From Gekko japonicus (Eukaryota): a DNA stretch of 64,000 nt. Location: positions 186,001 through 250,000 of the forward strand of contig NW_015174905.1 in NCBI RefSeq assembly GCF_001447785.1. Direction: 5' to 3'. Below the pieces are notes generated by a model that was given only the letters and a program-made list of their open reading frames with translations, was not told the origin of the DNA and made no database searches. Both the position numbers and the translations under genes were made by a program. Below are positions 38,051-50,573 of this stretch, piece after piece (position 1 is the first letter of the stretch; each line of letters begins with the position of its first letter).

Positions 38051-38398
38051 GAGCTGTGGTGGCTCAAGTGGTTAAGACGCTGAACTGCAGGCTGTGGAAG
38101 GTCGGTAGTTCAGCAGTTCGAGACCCGGGTGCCGCATGACGGAGTGAGCGTTCGTCTCTAGTTCCAGCTCCTGCCAACCTAGCAGTTCGAAAACAAGAAA
38201 TTGCAGGTAGATAAATAGGTACCACTTCAGTGGGAAGGTAACAGCGTTCCGTGCGCCTTGGTGTTTAGTCATGCTGGCCACATGACCACGGAATTGTCTT
38301 CGGACAGCGCTGGCTCTTTGGCTTTGAAATGGAGATGAGCACCGCAACCCTAGAGTCGGATTCAACTGGATTTCAAGCAAGGGAACCTTTACCTTTAC
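38051..38398 (+). mobile_element. Full-length Sauria SINE nested in an older SINE
   Basis: Near-identical reverse complement of 16824-17176; acctttacctttac tail; ttcccaga on both sides. Confidence 0.92.
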
Positions 38399-40047
38399 TT
38401 CCCAGATCCTAATCCAACACTCTAATGACGATTCCACAGTGGCTCTAGTGCAATGCACTACACTGTAAGCAAAGTGAGCTTCCGGTGGATCTTTTACAGT
38501 CTTTTCTTTTACGCTGCAACAGATGCATTGCAGACAGGTAGCCATGCTACAGGACTTGGTAAGCACTGTACATTGCTGAAGTCAAACACAGAGGCTCATA
38601 ATCTAAGTTCACCCATGCGTCAGAAGCAGAAAGGGAAGGTAAATGAAGAGGGAACCTTGCTAATTGCTGGCGACTGTAGGATTAGGCCAAAGATTGCTAG
38701 AGAATAGACTGAGGTCCACTGGTGAACAACTGACCTATTTCTGGAGGACCACCTACCACCTGTTTGTCACTGCAGTTTTTGGAAAAAGGACTGAACTAGT
38801 AGATCCTTGCCATTCATGGGGAATCCACTTCTAGGATCTTTGTGAATGCTGAAATCTGCAAGTACTGAGAGGCAGGGGTCTGCTTACCTCCCAGTAGCAA
38901 AACAGTCAGTATTCCACAAAATTTAACAACGCAATGATTACCATGAGGGTGCAAGTTGGAGTAAAAAGCAGCCTGGAGACCACATCATGGATTACGAATA
39001 AGTGAAACTGAGCATCACAAAAATAGACAAAGGGTGAGGGTCTACTATTCCATCTACACATTTTTATTCTACCACTCCAGAAAGCAAACCATGGTATCCC
39101 ATTTCTTTCTAGCTAACGCAAAGTATTCCTAATGTTGAGCATCTGTTCTGGGGAGAAGTCAGTGGGGAAACTGACTTTTTCAGCGCTTTTTAAAAACTTT
39201 CCAGTAAACTTATAAACTTCATATAATAGGCATAAGTGGCCATTCTTCTCCTTCCTGCACCTTTTATTGGGCGACTGAAATGTGTGCAATAGCAAGTAGT
39301 CTGAATACTGGGGGGGGGGGGGGGCTATGACACTGGGCAGCTGTTTGCCTGACTTATTATACCTGCTATGTCCAAACTGGATACCCTGATATCTACAATG
39401 CATTCTAATATTTGGTGATACAAAACCAGCACAGGAAATGTGGACTACTACATTATCCCCACCCCCGCCCTGGTAAATTAAATGGGAAGAAAAATAAAAC
39501 CACGAGCTGCTAAAACAAGGTACGTGAAGAAGGCACAGAAGTGAAATTGCTAAAATAAGAGGGAACAGAATCTGATGCAGTAAAGTCAAAACAGGAAGGC
39601 ATCAGTGCAGCTGCAAATTGAAACAAGTTCCTTTAAAAGTTACAGAAACACACAGGTTACTGAAGAAGAAAACACCTTTCTGAAACATCTGTTTCTTGTC
39701 TTTTGTTGCACCCACCTTCCAGTGACAGAACAGCCCTGTGAGGTAGATTAGGCAGAGAAACAGTGACCTGTGCAAGAGCATTCATTCAGCTTCATAACTG
39801 AACAAGGACTGGAACCTTGCAGCCCTATCCTAAGCAGAGTTACACTGAAATCAATGGGCTTACAACGGCGTAATTACTTAGGACGGCACCGCTAGTCACC
39901 CAGGTCTAAGCCTGGTGCTCTAACCACTGCACAACCCTGAGGGATTCAGTTATTTGTGATTAAACAGACTGAGTGACAACATGATTCTTTCTACATTTCA
40001 GCTAAAGATATAATGCTATTAAAAAAGGGAAGGAGTATATCTCTTAC

Positions 40048-40168
40048 AAAACCTTGCCGGGATCCTGGAACTGAAAGATACTGATCAACAACTTCTGAAC
40101 TTATTGGTGGCAACTTGTTCCGTGTTGTCGGCGGAATTGGAGAAGACATGCGATCTAAGGCCGTGCAC
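40048..40168 (-). CDS. FAM149A: FAM149A exon 11
   Basis: cag|(L)CTALDRMSSPIPPTTRNKLPPISSEVVDQYLSVPGSRQGF|gtaaga; 121 nt. Confidence 0.9.
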
Positions 40169-41037
40169 CTGAGGGGAAAATCGATATGAATAAACACAAT
40201 TGTGCATTTTTCAGTTCCTTCAACTACTGCAGGAGGAGTTGTTCTTAATTTAAGGTTGCATAGACAGCGGAATACCTGTTATGTCTTTTTGCAAGATGCC
40301 TATTTACAAATTGACAATGCCCCTGAACACATCACTTACTGCTTACAAGGTCAGACCCACTGCTCACATTGGCTATGGAAAGAGGCAGGGTGGGGGCAGA
40401 GCCATCCTTAAATCCCTGCCAGCTCTGCCCCCACGCTGAAACACCATGATGCTGGGCATCACATGTCCCTGCCTCTTCCTCCTCCGAGGAGAGCAGCCGA
40501 ATTCTTCTAATTCTCATGTAAAGCCTGTCAAAAACCTAACAATTAGTTCTAGTTCTCAAATCATGTTCAATAAAGCACCAAACCAGAACTGTGTATAATA
40601 TATAGCTTCATCAAACCAGATCTGTGTATTTTGGGTTGACGTGTTGTTTTGATCTCTTTGATGGACTGTTATGCTGTTTGTTTGGGGGTTTTTTTCCTGT
40701 CCTGTAACTTGTTTCCTCGTTCTCTGCCTTGAGTCTAAAGCAATAAGGCAGGATATAAATATTCTAAATAAATAAATCATACTTCAGCAGTGCCAGAATG
40801 GCTTAATTCTGCAGCTGGTATTATCCTCTGCTGGCTTCTAATGCTTTTACTAGGCACTGCAGACTTACTTTCAAGGCTTAGGTGGCAGGTTTAAGAACAA
40901 CACAATGTGACATAAAATAAAATCAGTTGTGATAGACACAATAATGGAATAGTGAAATAGCTGCGATGAAGCCAAATCACTCGACCTGAGTCTCCTGCTA
41001 AGATCACAGTAGCAATGAGGAGAAAACGACGTCTTAC

Positions 41038-41262
41038 AGTTTTGTCCCCCTAAGAACTTCATCGCTGTAAACGTTGGAGGTTTTTGAGCGCAATGGTTCA
41101 GGGACGATAGATGGCAGCCTACGATGGCCTGGCATTTTCCTAGAGGATCCCTGCAACACCCGGGAAGATGAAAGAACGCTGCTGTCAGTAATTCGCCCCA
41201 GCCGATTTCGCGCTGAGTTAACACTGGGGCCTGTGGGTTGTGGCTTATCTTCTTGCTCATTC
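41038..41262 (-). CDS. FAM149A: FAM149A exon 10
   Basis: cag|(Q)NEQEDKP...RRLPSIVPEPLRSKTSNVYSDEVLRGTK(L)|gtaaga; 225 nt. Confidence 0.93.
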
Positions 41263-41527
41263 CTGAAAGAGAGGGACAGTTTCAGGAAGCCAGTCGCCAC
41301 TTGTACAGGACTAGTTTACCGCCACCGCCGCCACCACCACCAAAACAGAATATGCTGCACTGAGATGTTTAAAAGAAAATACAAGTTTGACACAGGCAAA
41401 ATAACAAAACGTAGCATGAGACGGAGGACCCAGAGTTCATTAAGAATCTATGGAACCATGTGGCAGGATGGGTTTTTCTACGCTGCAAAAGTGAAGCGCG
41501 AGATCTCACAAGCCTTCCCAATACTCA

Positions 41528-41632
<105 letters not shown>

Positions 41633-41866
41633 CTACCAAAATAAATAGAACCAACCGTTATTAACTCTTTCAGGGCTTTGCCAGAAAGACACCAAATATT
41701 GAAGGGGGGACACCCACAGAGTTTAAAGATTATGCATGAAAAAACTGAAGGGAATTCCATCCCACATGAAAAACATGTGCAAAAAAGTGGTTTAATGCTA
41801 ACACTCTTTGAAGAGCTAGAATGCACACTGCAATTAATGTTTAAAGAAAAATTCACCTCTATATAA

Positions 41867-42142
41867 AGAAGAAGAAGAAGAGATTGGATTTATGCCCCGC
41901 CATTCACTATCCCGAAGGAGTCTCAGAGTGGCTTACAATCTCCTTTCCCTTCCCCCTCCCCACAACAGACACCCTGTGAGGTGGGTGGGGCTGAGAGAGC
42001 TCTCTCGAGAACTGCCCTTGAGAGAACAGCTCTGAGAGAACTTGTGACTGACCCACGGTCACACCAGCAGCTGCACGTGGAGTAGTGGGAAATCAAACCT
42101 GGTTCTCCCAGATCAGAGTTCGTGCTCTTAACCACTACACCA
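41867..42142 (-). mobile_element. Squam3-type SINE
   Basis: (aag)n tail, ggattt..gccccgcc..tcact, head ttaaccactacacca. Confidence 0.88.
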
Positions 42143-42364
42143 CATGCACATTTCTTAATGGTTTACTGACCTGACTGAAGTCCAGTTTGCACATTACTTT
42201 TGTAACAAAGTCGCTATTACAAAATTTTCCCTATGGTTGGCTGGAGGGTGCATCACACAAGTCACCTGGATTTCAGAGGTGCTTCCCACACATGCAGCAG
42301 ATAGAACTGTGGTGCTAGCATGGGAAGTACCTATGGGACCATGGCAAAATACCTGTCATTTTTG

Positions 42365-42590
42365 TGTAGTGTGGTGTAGTGGTTAGAGTGTTGGACTAGA
42401 ATCTGGGAGACCCAGGTTCAAATCCTCACCCTGCCAGGGAAGCTGGCTCGGTGACCTTGGGCCTGTCACAAGCTCTTAACCTAGCCTGCCTCACAGGATT
42501 ATTGTGAGGCTCAAACAGAGAGGAGAACTACGTAGGCTGCTTTGGGGTCCTCACTGGGGAGAAAAGTGGGTATAAATTAAGTAGATCAAT
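42365..42590 (+). mobile_element. tRNA-derived SINE (Squam3/MIR-like)
   Basis: ggtgtagtggttagagtgttggactag...ggttcaaatcc. Confidence 0.7.
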
Positions 42591-43213
42591 ATCATCTTGG
42601 GGGTTGACCATGGAAAAGTAGTTTTGTGGTGGCTACCATACTATAAGGATAAAACACAAAGTACTCACACTAATCAGCCGCCATATGTCAAACAAACCCC
42701 TTTTTTTGTTGTAGTTTAGGAAAACATATATACTTAATGAAAACACATAAGTGCACCAAGGGTTTTAGCAAAGTTCACTGGAGTTATTTATTCCTTATCT
42801 TTTTAATCAATCTCTGTACAAGATTTTTTAATCAATCCTCCACTGCTCTTTTGAAATACTAGTTTTTAATACACTATATGAAACATTGTTAAGGCATTGC
42901 AGGATGTCACATTTATGTTTATTTTAGCTACACAAGCTTATCTGAATAATTCCCCAATAAACCAGGAAAAGCCATTATTTTGGGGGGATTCATCAGTATG
43001 GGCTCTTGCAGGACCAGCTGCCAGTCTTACAAATCAAGCCCCCCCCACATCTCCCCACCCATACACAGTTACAAATGGCCTTTCTCGCCTTTTAGCCTCA
43101 TCAGTGAAAGCAGATCTAAAAGGAACAGGAAAGTGGAGCTGGTCTGCTTGATCCAGAAACTCTGGCAAGGGCCCCTGGGCCAACAGGGAAGAATGCCTGG
43201 AGCAGAGCCAATC

Positions 43214-43328
43214 ATGTTCGGTAAGAAAGCTTTAATTTACCCGAATTAGTGAAGAGGAGAGTTTGGAGCAAAAGAAATCTCAGCTTGCTTTAAAAAGGAC
43301 AAAGCATTCCTCTTGTGCTCCCCAATGC
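43214..43328 (+). repeat. Inverted copy of FAM149A intron 6 acceptor plus 5' part of exon 7 (partner 44858-44977)
   Basis: 115 nt align to the reverse complement of 44858-44977 with one 5-nt gap; includes a perfect 33-mer, gagagtttggagcaaaagaaatctcagcttgct (43257-43289). Confidence 0.95.
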
Positions 43329-43670
43329 TTTGAGAAGAACAAAAATCCTCTCGTGTGTGTTTTTGTCTTTTAACTTTCACCAGGTTTTTGTCCCACTGGG
43401 AAGTAACAAATCAACCCAATGTCTCAAGGTAGGGGAAACCTCTGCCACGCTATCGACCTTGGCTGAAGTCGTACTGCGCCAAGCCAACCACTGACACCAG
43501 TCCTGGACTTTGGACTAGCTATGAGCTTGCTAAACCATTGTGTGCACGCACGTATAAAACATTAAGCTCACTTAATATAGAGAATATTACGTAATTTTGC
43601 TGTTCTGTCGGAGAAAAGGCTAAGCAGAACCAGACTTTTGTTTGCCCTGTGTATATATGTCTGTGTGCAT

Positions 43671-43875
43671 CAATGTTCCCTCTAAGCTGAGTTAGTGTGA
43701 GCTAGCTCACATTTTTTTAGCCTCCAGCTCACAATTTTTTTCTTAGCTCAGGCAGGATGGTTCCAGAGCAGACTAACTTATGCAGCAGCCAAATCGTTTG
43801 CTCACAACTTTAATGCCAGTGGCTCCCATAGTAGAATTTTTGCTCACAAGACTCCACAGATTAGAGGGAACATTG
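43671..43875. mobile_element. hAT MITE with 8-bp TSD
   Basis: TIRs caatgttccctctaa / ttagagggaacattg; TSD gtgtgcat. Confidence 0.9.
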
Positions 43876-44178
43876 GTGTGCATATAATGTAAACACTGTG
43901 TACATACATCTTATTAAAAAAAAAGTTTGTTGGCCTATCTGCAAGCCTAAATCCTGAAAACAGAAGGCCAGCTGAGAACCCAGACAACTGCTTTATATCT
44001 CACACAGGTACCTAAGCAGAAAGAAGAGGGGTGAATGGAAGCTTGCAAGAAAGAGACACTGTGGCTGGCAGCTCACGAAGACAGGGGGGATATGAGGGAC
44101 CTAGGGCCAGAAGAGGCTGGTGAGAAAAGCTGAATTTCAACTCCTGGACTACCAGGACCCTAGCCAGAATTTATTTAC

Positions 44179-44333
44179 CTGTGATGGGACAAAGTGTAAG
44201 CCAAAAGATGCTACTCGAGCCTCTGACCCTCTTGATGGAGGTACACTTGATGCATCTACTGTAACACGAGGAACAGGCAGATGTGGCAATTTATTCCCAA
44301 TAGCTTTCAGTTTCTCCATCTGTTTGTCATTCT
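44179..44333 (-). CDS. FAM149A: FAM149A exon 8
   Basis: tag|(E)NDKQMEKLKAIGNKLPHLPVPRVTVDASSVPPSRGSEARVASFGLHFVPSQ|gtaaat; 155 nt. Confidence 0.9.
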
Positions 44334-44750
44334 CTAGACCATCATTGAAAAAAAACTGAATCAAATATATATACAAACTAGCAGTAATGTGCAGCATTAC
44401 AGTTATTCACACAGGTCCAATCTAAATACGATGCTGGCTCCTTGCAAAGCAAATCCAGCCTCGGGATTTCATGTTCCCCTCTCTATCCCACCTGCACAGC
44501 GATTTCTCTTTCACATCCCAGTTTTAACCATGATTTTGTGTTGCATATGTACCAATGCAAACCAGGGCTAATGCAAGCCATTGTTCCCAGCATGTTTGCA
44601 CAGGACAACAATACAAAAGCAAGGCCAGAGACTGATATTTTAGCACAGGCTAACTATACATTTCTCAACCACAGAACAGTTTGAATTTCTAGAAATTATT
44701 ACCTTTAAGACTATTTCTAGAAGTGCTTTCCCCAGAAACATTCCAATTAC

Positions 44751-44941
44751 CTGCAACAGCTGATTCCCAGTTCTTTCTTATTAGTTCTTCCAGTACTTCA
44801 ATTACACTCTTCCAGACATGATCAAATATCTCTGCAGTGACAGTATCTTTGATGCAGGCATTGGGGGAAACAGGAGGAATCCCACGCTTAGTCCTCTTCT
44901 GAGCAAGCTGAGATTTCTTTTGCTCCAAACTCTCATCATCA
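44751..44941 (-). CDS. FAM149A: FAM149A exon 7
   Basis: tag|(L)DDESLEQKKSQLAQKRTKRGIPPVSPNACIKDTVTAEIFDHVWKSVIEVLEELIRKNWESAVA|gtaatt; 191 nt. Confidence 0.93.
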
Positions 44942-45095
44942 CTAATTCAAGCAAATTAAAGCTTTATTACCAAACATTACCTGTTCTCTATTAATAAACG
45001 GTCAATTAGCTTATGTTGTCTTACTGGATTTGCCTAAAAGTGACCAACTATTTCATATTTTTAATATGAATTTTTTTAAATTATAAAGAATGTTA

Positions 45096-45516
45096 TCTCT
45101 CCTTATATATAATTGAGTAAGGGAGCGGAGAAAAAATGTGCACCGTCAGCCATTGGCCTGCCAGCTGCCGCTCAAGGCTGCTGGCGTGCCATTGGCTGGG
45201 AGGCGGGAGGACCTCTCCGCTGGTGAGAGGCAAAGTCCTTCAGTGGGGCAAGATTGTGGCCCCGCCAAGCGCGAGGCCTCTTTCTGGCGGCCACACCAGC
45301 CTTCTGTTGCATGGGGCGGACTTTGCCAGCCAGGCTGTAGGCCCTGCATTGGAGGGGACTCCGGCGGCCCCGGCCATGCTCGGGGATGCGGCAGGTGGCC
45401 GCATGCTGCGCCCCGGCCCTGCTTCACCGGGCGGGCCCGGGCCCAGCCCCCTTACCCCAAGCCGACAGCTCTCCCTAGGTCCTGTTGCCTCCTCCTGCAA
45501 CAGGCATTTCCCCTAG
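45096..45516 (+). mobile_element. Non-autonomous Helitron-like element
   Basis: 5' a|TC..tatatataa; 3' hairpin cctgttgc-N8-gcaacagg followed by CTAG|t; no TSD. Confidence 0.65.
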
Positions 45517-45617
45517 TTCTTATTATAAAGAAAACAGCTACTACAGAGAAGCATGACCTTTTTCTAAAGATAGTTTAATCATTTTTATTATACTCTTTTA
45601 AAAAATGGAGTGCTTAC

Positions 45618-45779
45618 AGTTCCTTGTTGTCAAATGCAAGGTACTCTTCGATCTTCCCCTCTGCATCATAGATTTCTTCTTCCAAAAACAAATACACAGA
45701 TGACTCAGCTAAATCAGCGTTGGATGCCCTGTGCACTGGAGAAGCTGCAGGGATCAGTTTGGAGCCCGAAATGCATAAC
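45618..45779 (-). CDS. FAM149A: FAM149A exon 6
   Basis: tag|(E)LCISGSKLIPAASPVHRASNADLAESSVYLFLEEEIYDAEGKIEEYLAFDNKE(L)|gtaagc; 162 nt. Confidence 0.93.
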
Positions 45780-46134
45780 CTAAAGACATTTTCCAGATAC
45801 AAGAAAAAGTGCCATATTGCAACTGAATTAGAAGTTATGTCGCAATTTGTAACCCGAAATGAAGAATGACAAAACATCCTTATGAAGGTGGCCCCTTCTT
45901 AGCCATTAGCGTCCTCTGGGTGGTGAATACCTCCTTTTATCTGCCTCACTTGCCACAGAGAGCTTTTCCAGTAGTTCCAAAACTATGACTCACAATTCTG
46001 CCAGGTCTAAGGAATGGGGGGAAGGGACTTATGTGAAGGGAGCATCACTTTGTGGACTAGTGTCTAAGACAGATGCCCCATGGGCATCAATCCTTGATCC
46101 TCAAAACTCTGCACCTAACATGTTATCTAACCAA

Positions 46135-46663
46135 GGCCCCGGTCACACGGGCAGGAAACTGCGGGGGGGAAGCGTGGCTGTTTGCCCTGGGGCAAACTAA
46201 CACGCAGTAAAGCGATCATACCTCCTGTGGAGGTTCTGTGGAGGTACCGTGGAGCTTCTGTGGTTACGGAGAGGCGTCGATCACAACACATGCCTGCACG
46301 CAACGAAGAAGCGCGCGACGCGGTGAACTAGTTTTCTTTTTTTGTGTTCACTACGAATGCGCATGCTCCATTGGGTGCATGTGCGCAACCACGGGGACTT
46401 GGGGGAAAAAAACCTTTTTCACAAGGGGACATGGGCGGGCGCCGGATGCCACCGGAAACGCGATCAGACGCCCGCCCTTGCCCCGCAGTTTTCGGAAACT
46501 AGTACCTCCGAGGTACTAGTTTTTTGCTGCGCGGTTTCGGGAGGAAGCCTCGGTTGTGCCACAGAAGCGCTACGCTCCCCAGATGTGCTGGTGAGATCGC
46601 GCCCGGAAACTCCGCCTGTCTTCCGTATCTCTTGCGTGGCTAATGTTGCATGTGACCGCAGCC
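46135..46663. mobile_element. PIF/Harbinger-type MITE, 3-bp TSD
   Basis: Imperfect TIRs ggccccggtcacac / atgtgaccgcagcc, flanked by caa on both sides; CpG-rich. A related end (ggctgcggtcacac) occurs at 30897. Confidence 0.65.
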
Positions 46664-48072
46664 CAAGAAAATCTATTGTCCAAGCTTTTTATTAATACTT
46701 TTTATGTACAAGAAATAATAAGTTATTTTTTTCCACATCAGCTGCATTGTTACAAAAATATTAATGAATTCAAATTATCCTACAATTACCTTTATAAACT
46801 GCCCATAGTTACTGCTTATGAGAATTAACTACTTGTTTCTATTTTTCATAAAGAATCTCCAGATGAACATATCTCTATAAGGACTCTTCCTTCTGATTAT
46901 TTGGACACTATTGGGAGAAACATAAGTCCTCTCACTATGCATTTGTTAACTGTTATAGTTTGTGAGGCAAAGCACTCTGATCCCCCCCCTCAAAGGGTTA
47001 ACATGAATAATGGTAAGCCTGCTCTGGCTTGCAGGTGTCCACAACTGGGCCTCCTTGCCTGTACCATCCTTATCTCCTTCAAGACCAAATTCAAGAATGC
47101 GGTAATTGACTAATCCTGGGAACCTGTGTTCCGTTCTATGACTAGATGGGAGGGGAGAAACAGGAGCAGATGTCGTCATCTTCTAGAGAGTTCCATCAAG
47201 CAAGCTCCCTGATTGGGTTTGGGAGATCACCTGATGCCAGATGGCCAAAGATTATTATTAAGCCATAGACAAGAGGGAAGCCATGATAACTTGATGATTC
47301 AACTGGGCCTTGGCTCAGACTATGCTAAGCCCCACTGTGATGGACTGCTGCAGAGGCAATGCTTAAGCCTCTAGCTTGGACTCTGATATTCTGAAAGGTG
47401 TGCCATCTAATACCTGATATTGAAGTATTAGATAGAGAATTCATGTGGGTAGCTGTGTTGGTCTGAAGAAGCTGGACTCTAGCTTCATTCTCACATCACT
47501 TTGTTAACTCTTGCATTTACGTGCTAATTTGCTGCCATTCATTGATCTTACTGGCCACCTGATCCAATTTCAGCTCTGCATATGCATCTTGGCTCTGAGT
47601 GGCTCTTCCTAACAGCTGCCCTCCACCCTCTTTTTCCTGTAAGTAGTGCTTGAGGAGATTTTATTCCATTTTGTCTGAGGAAGGGTGCTTGCACACCAAA
47701 CCTTACAGTTTTAATAAAACTTTGCTGGTCCTAAAGGTGCCACTGGACTCAAACTTTGTTCTATTAGAGAAGTTAGCTTTTCTTATTTCCTTGCCGCAGG
47801 ATTGCAGGGACTGTGTTGCCCAGAGATATCATAGTTTCTTAAAGTATTTAATAAACCTGTATATGTTTTACCAAGGTCTGGTTCCTTGTGTGCCGATAAC
47901 CTTGAGGACCCACAGCTCTGGGTGCTGCCTGCTTGCCTAAGGGGTAGTGGCTCACAGGGACCCAGGCTTGGGTCCTTGACATAGTTTTATATTTAAAAAT
48001 ATGTATGACTTTCAAACATACTATATAAAGAACACGCATTAAGTGACAGTTCATACTGAAGGGTCAACATAC

Positions 48073-48198
48073 TCTTTCATACTGCTGGTCATTTCGCTCA
48101 AGCTAGGTAAGGATCTGGAACATACAGTGTTGGCATTTCTTCTCTGGTAGTGCTGAAAGCCCTCATCGTTAGGAAGAACAAGCTGTTTCCCCAATATT
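48073..48198 (-). CDS. FAM149A: FAM149A exon 5
   Basis: cag|(R)ILGKQLVLPNDEGFQHYQRRNANTVCSRSLPSLSEMTSSMK(E)|gtatgt; 126 nt. Confidence 0.92.
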
Positions 48199-48204
48199 CT
48201 GCAA

Positions 48205-48482
48205 AAGAAGAAAAATAAGATATTAAGATTTATACCCTGCCCTTCACTCAGATCTCAGAGCAGCTTACAATTCCTTTTTCTTCTCCTCCCCACAACAGAC
48301 ACCCTGTGAGGTAGGTGGGGCTGAGAGAGTTCTTTCGAGAACTGCTCTTGAGAGAGCAGCTCTGACAGAACTATGGCTTGCCCAAGGTCCTCCAGCAGCT
48401 GCAACTGGAGGAGTGGGGAATCAAACCCAGTTCTCCCAGATTAGAGTCTGCACACTTAACCACTACACCAAACTAGCTCTCA
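48205..48482 (-). mobile_element. Squam3-type SINE abutting the exon 5 acceptor
   Basis: Matches 41867-42142; head ttaaccactacaccaaactagctctc. Confidence 0.85.
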
Positions 48483-48637
48483 GTTCATTGCTAATGAAAC
48501 ATATGCAGACTCTATGGAATTCCAAACACTAGAATTCAATTTGGTGACTACAACAATGTTCACTGCTTAATCTAATAAGTAAAAAAGCAAACTGCAGACA
48601 TGTTTGAGGGGAAATAACTCTAGAAAGAGAGAGTCTA

Positions 48638-48814
<177 letters not shown>

Positions 48815-50502
48815 CTAAGGATTTTAAAATTAACAGCATCATTTCTATACATATTCAAATCTAAAAATACATTAGTCACTGAGATAAAATTGAATATAGG
48901 CACAAATCATTCAAATATTGTTTGAACATCAAATTCAATACCACTAAAATAAGAACACTTTCTTGAGAATGAGCCCCACTGAATAGAATTCCCAATGCAG
49001 ACTTCCAAACCATGTCCTCTACTATTTGTGAAAGAGCACTCTCGCAAGGCCCATTCCCTCAGGTCTCAGGAGATCAGAAAAGCCCCATAGCCATCTTAGG
49101 TCTCTACGTGGCAAAACAACCTCTTCCCCTTACTCCCTGGGGTTATCAGCTTATCCCTGGGTAGTAACTGCTGCCACCAACAAATGTGAACAGGTATCCC
49201 CTGCAAGACACATCTGCACATCCACAACCATGTTGCCATTTAATGGTTGCCCTGTCTCCTACTTTGCTTGTACTACCTAGCTTGGGGACAATCTATTACG
49301 TTTCAAGCAATCACGTTCATAATCAGCCTTTCTCTTTTACTGCTCTTTCGGAAGCAGTACTGAATAGCTGTGGTGTGTGTTTACAGAGATCAGGACTGAA
49401 GCATTCAAAATATAATAAAGTTTAATACACAAAAATAGTATACATGATCTGGTCAAGCAAGGATATGAAGGTGAAAACATACAATCCTCTAAATCCTAAA
49501 CTTATCCTAAATGATGTTTGATTAGGATAGGTCAGTAATTCTTGAAGTTGTGACCCTTTAAAAGTCTATCATTACTTTAGTTCTCAGAATTGGGAATTCC
49601 CCATTGTTCCCCAACACATGGTCAAGATGGAGCCCCAATGCAAATATCTAGTCACTCATGGCTAGAGCCAAGAGTCAGTGTAAGAGTAACAGCATCAGAG
49701 ACTTTCTTCCTCATACCATGAGAATGTATATTCTTCTACTGGGAGTCCATCCCCCTCTAGGATCAATCATGATCTTCCTGCCTCAAAAAGAAGAAAATAT
49801 ACTCTAGCATTTTGGCTGTCCCAGTCTGTCTCCCTGTAGATGTGACAAGGCATTAGGTAGTAATTATTTTTTTTGCTTCAGCAAGCACTGTCTCCATAGT
49901 TAAATGCTGGAGTGCTCGGTACTTGGGAGACAGCTGACTCATCTCCTGCAGTTTTCCCCTTTGCCAACTCTATGCTTGCAGCTGGGTCCCAAGTCATGGC
50001 CAGAGTGCAGGTGCCAATGGCTGAGTTATTAGGGTGAACTCTAAGGTGGAAAGCATTTCTCTACACTATTTATAAGCCCTGCCTGACCTTCAGAACGATT
50101 TGTTGGAGAAGCAAAGGGGTCTGCAATGAAAAGGGGGGAAGCTGGAAACATTCTGATAGGAGCTCTGCTTGCAGTCCTTTGGATCCCCTAACAGAGAAAA
50201 ACAGAAAGATCAATGTTGTCTGAAGATAAGTCAAGTAAAAACTGGAAGATGTACAGTGTAATTTACGTGTAAGAGATTATTAAAAATGCAAGTAGAATTG
50301 GTGTTACATGACTGAAAGGGATATAATACAATTAGGAGAAAGAAAACTGAAGCATTTTGAGTAACAGCAAGACATGAAAATTTTCACAGGGAAAGATCAT
50401 ACAGAATGACAGTTACAGATCAAATAGGATGCTAGTTATGGAGAAAACAACAGCAAAACAAGGAAGGTTAAATGCCAGAATGCAAGATTAAAAAGATGTA
50501 AC

Positions 50503-50573
50503 AGGAGGGCCTGGCGGGAGCTGGTCCATGGGGTCGCGAAGAGTCGGACTCGACTGTGCGACTGAACAACAAA
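50503..50573 (+). mobile_element. Short BovB 3' end
   Basis: ctggtccatggggtcgcgaagagtcggactcgactgtgcgactgaacaacaa. Confidence 0.85.

Noticed and set aside
43214-43328. Inverted exon copy as a processed pseudogene or Helitron capture
   Set aside because: It contains intron sequence and has no poly(A), so it is not a retrocopy. No Helitron termini flank it.
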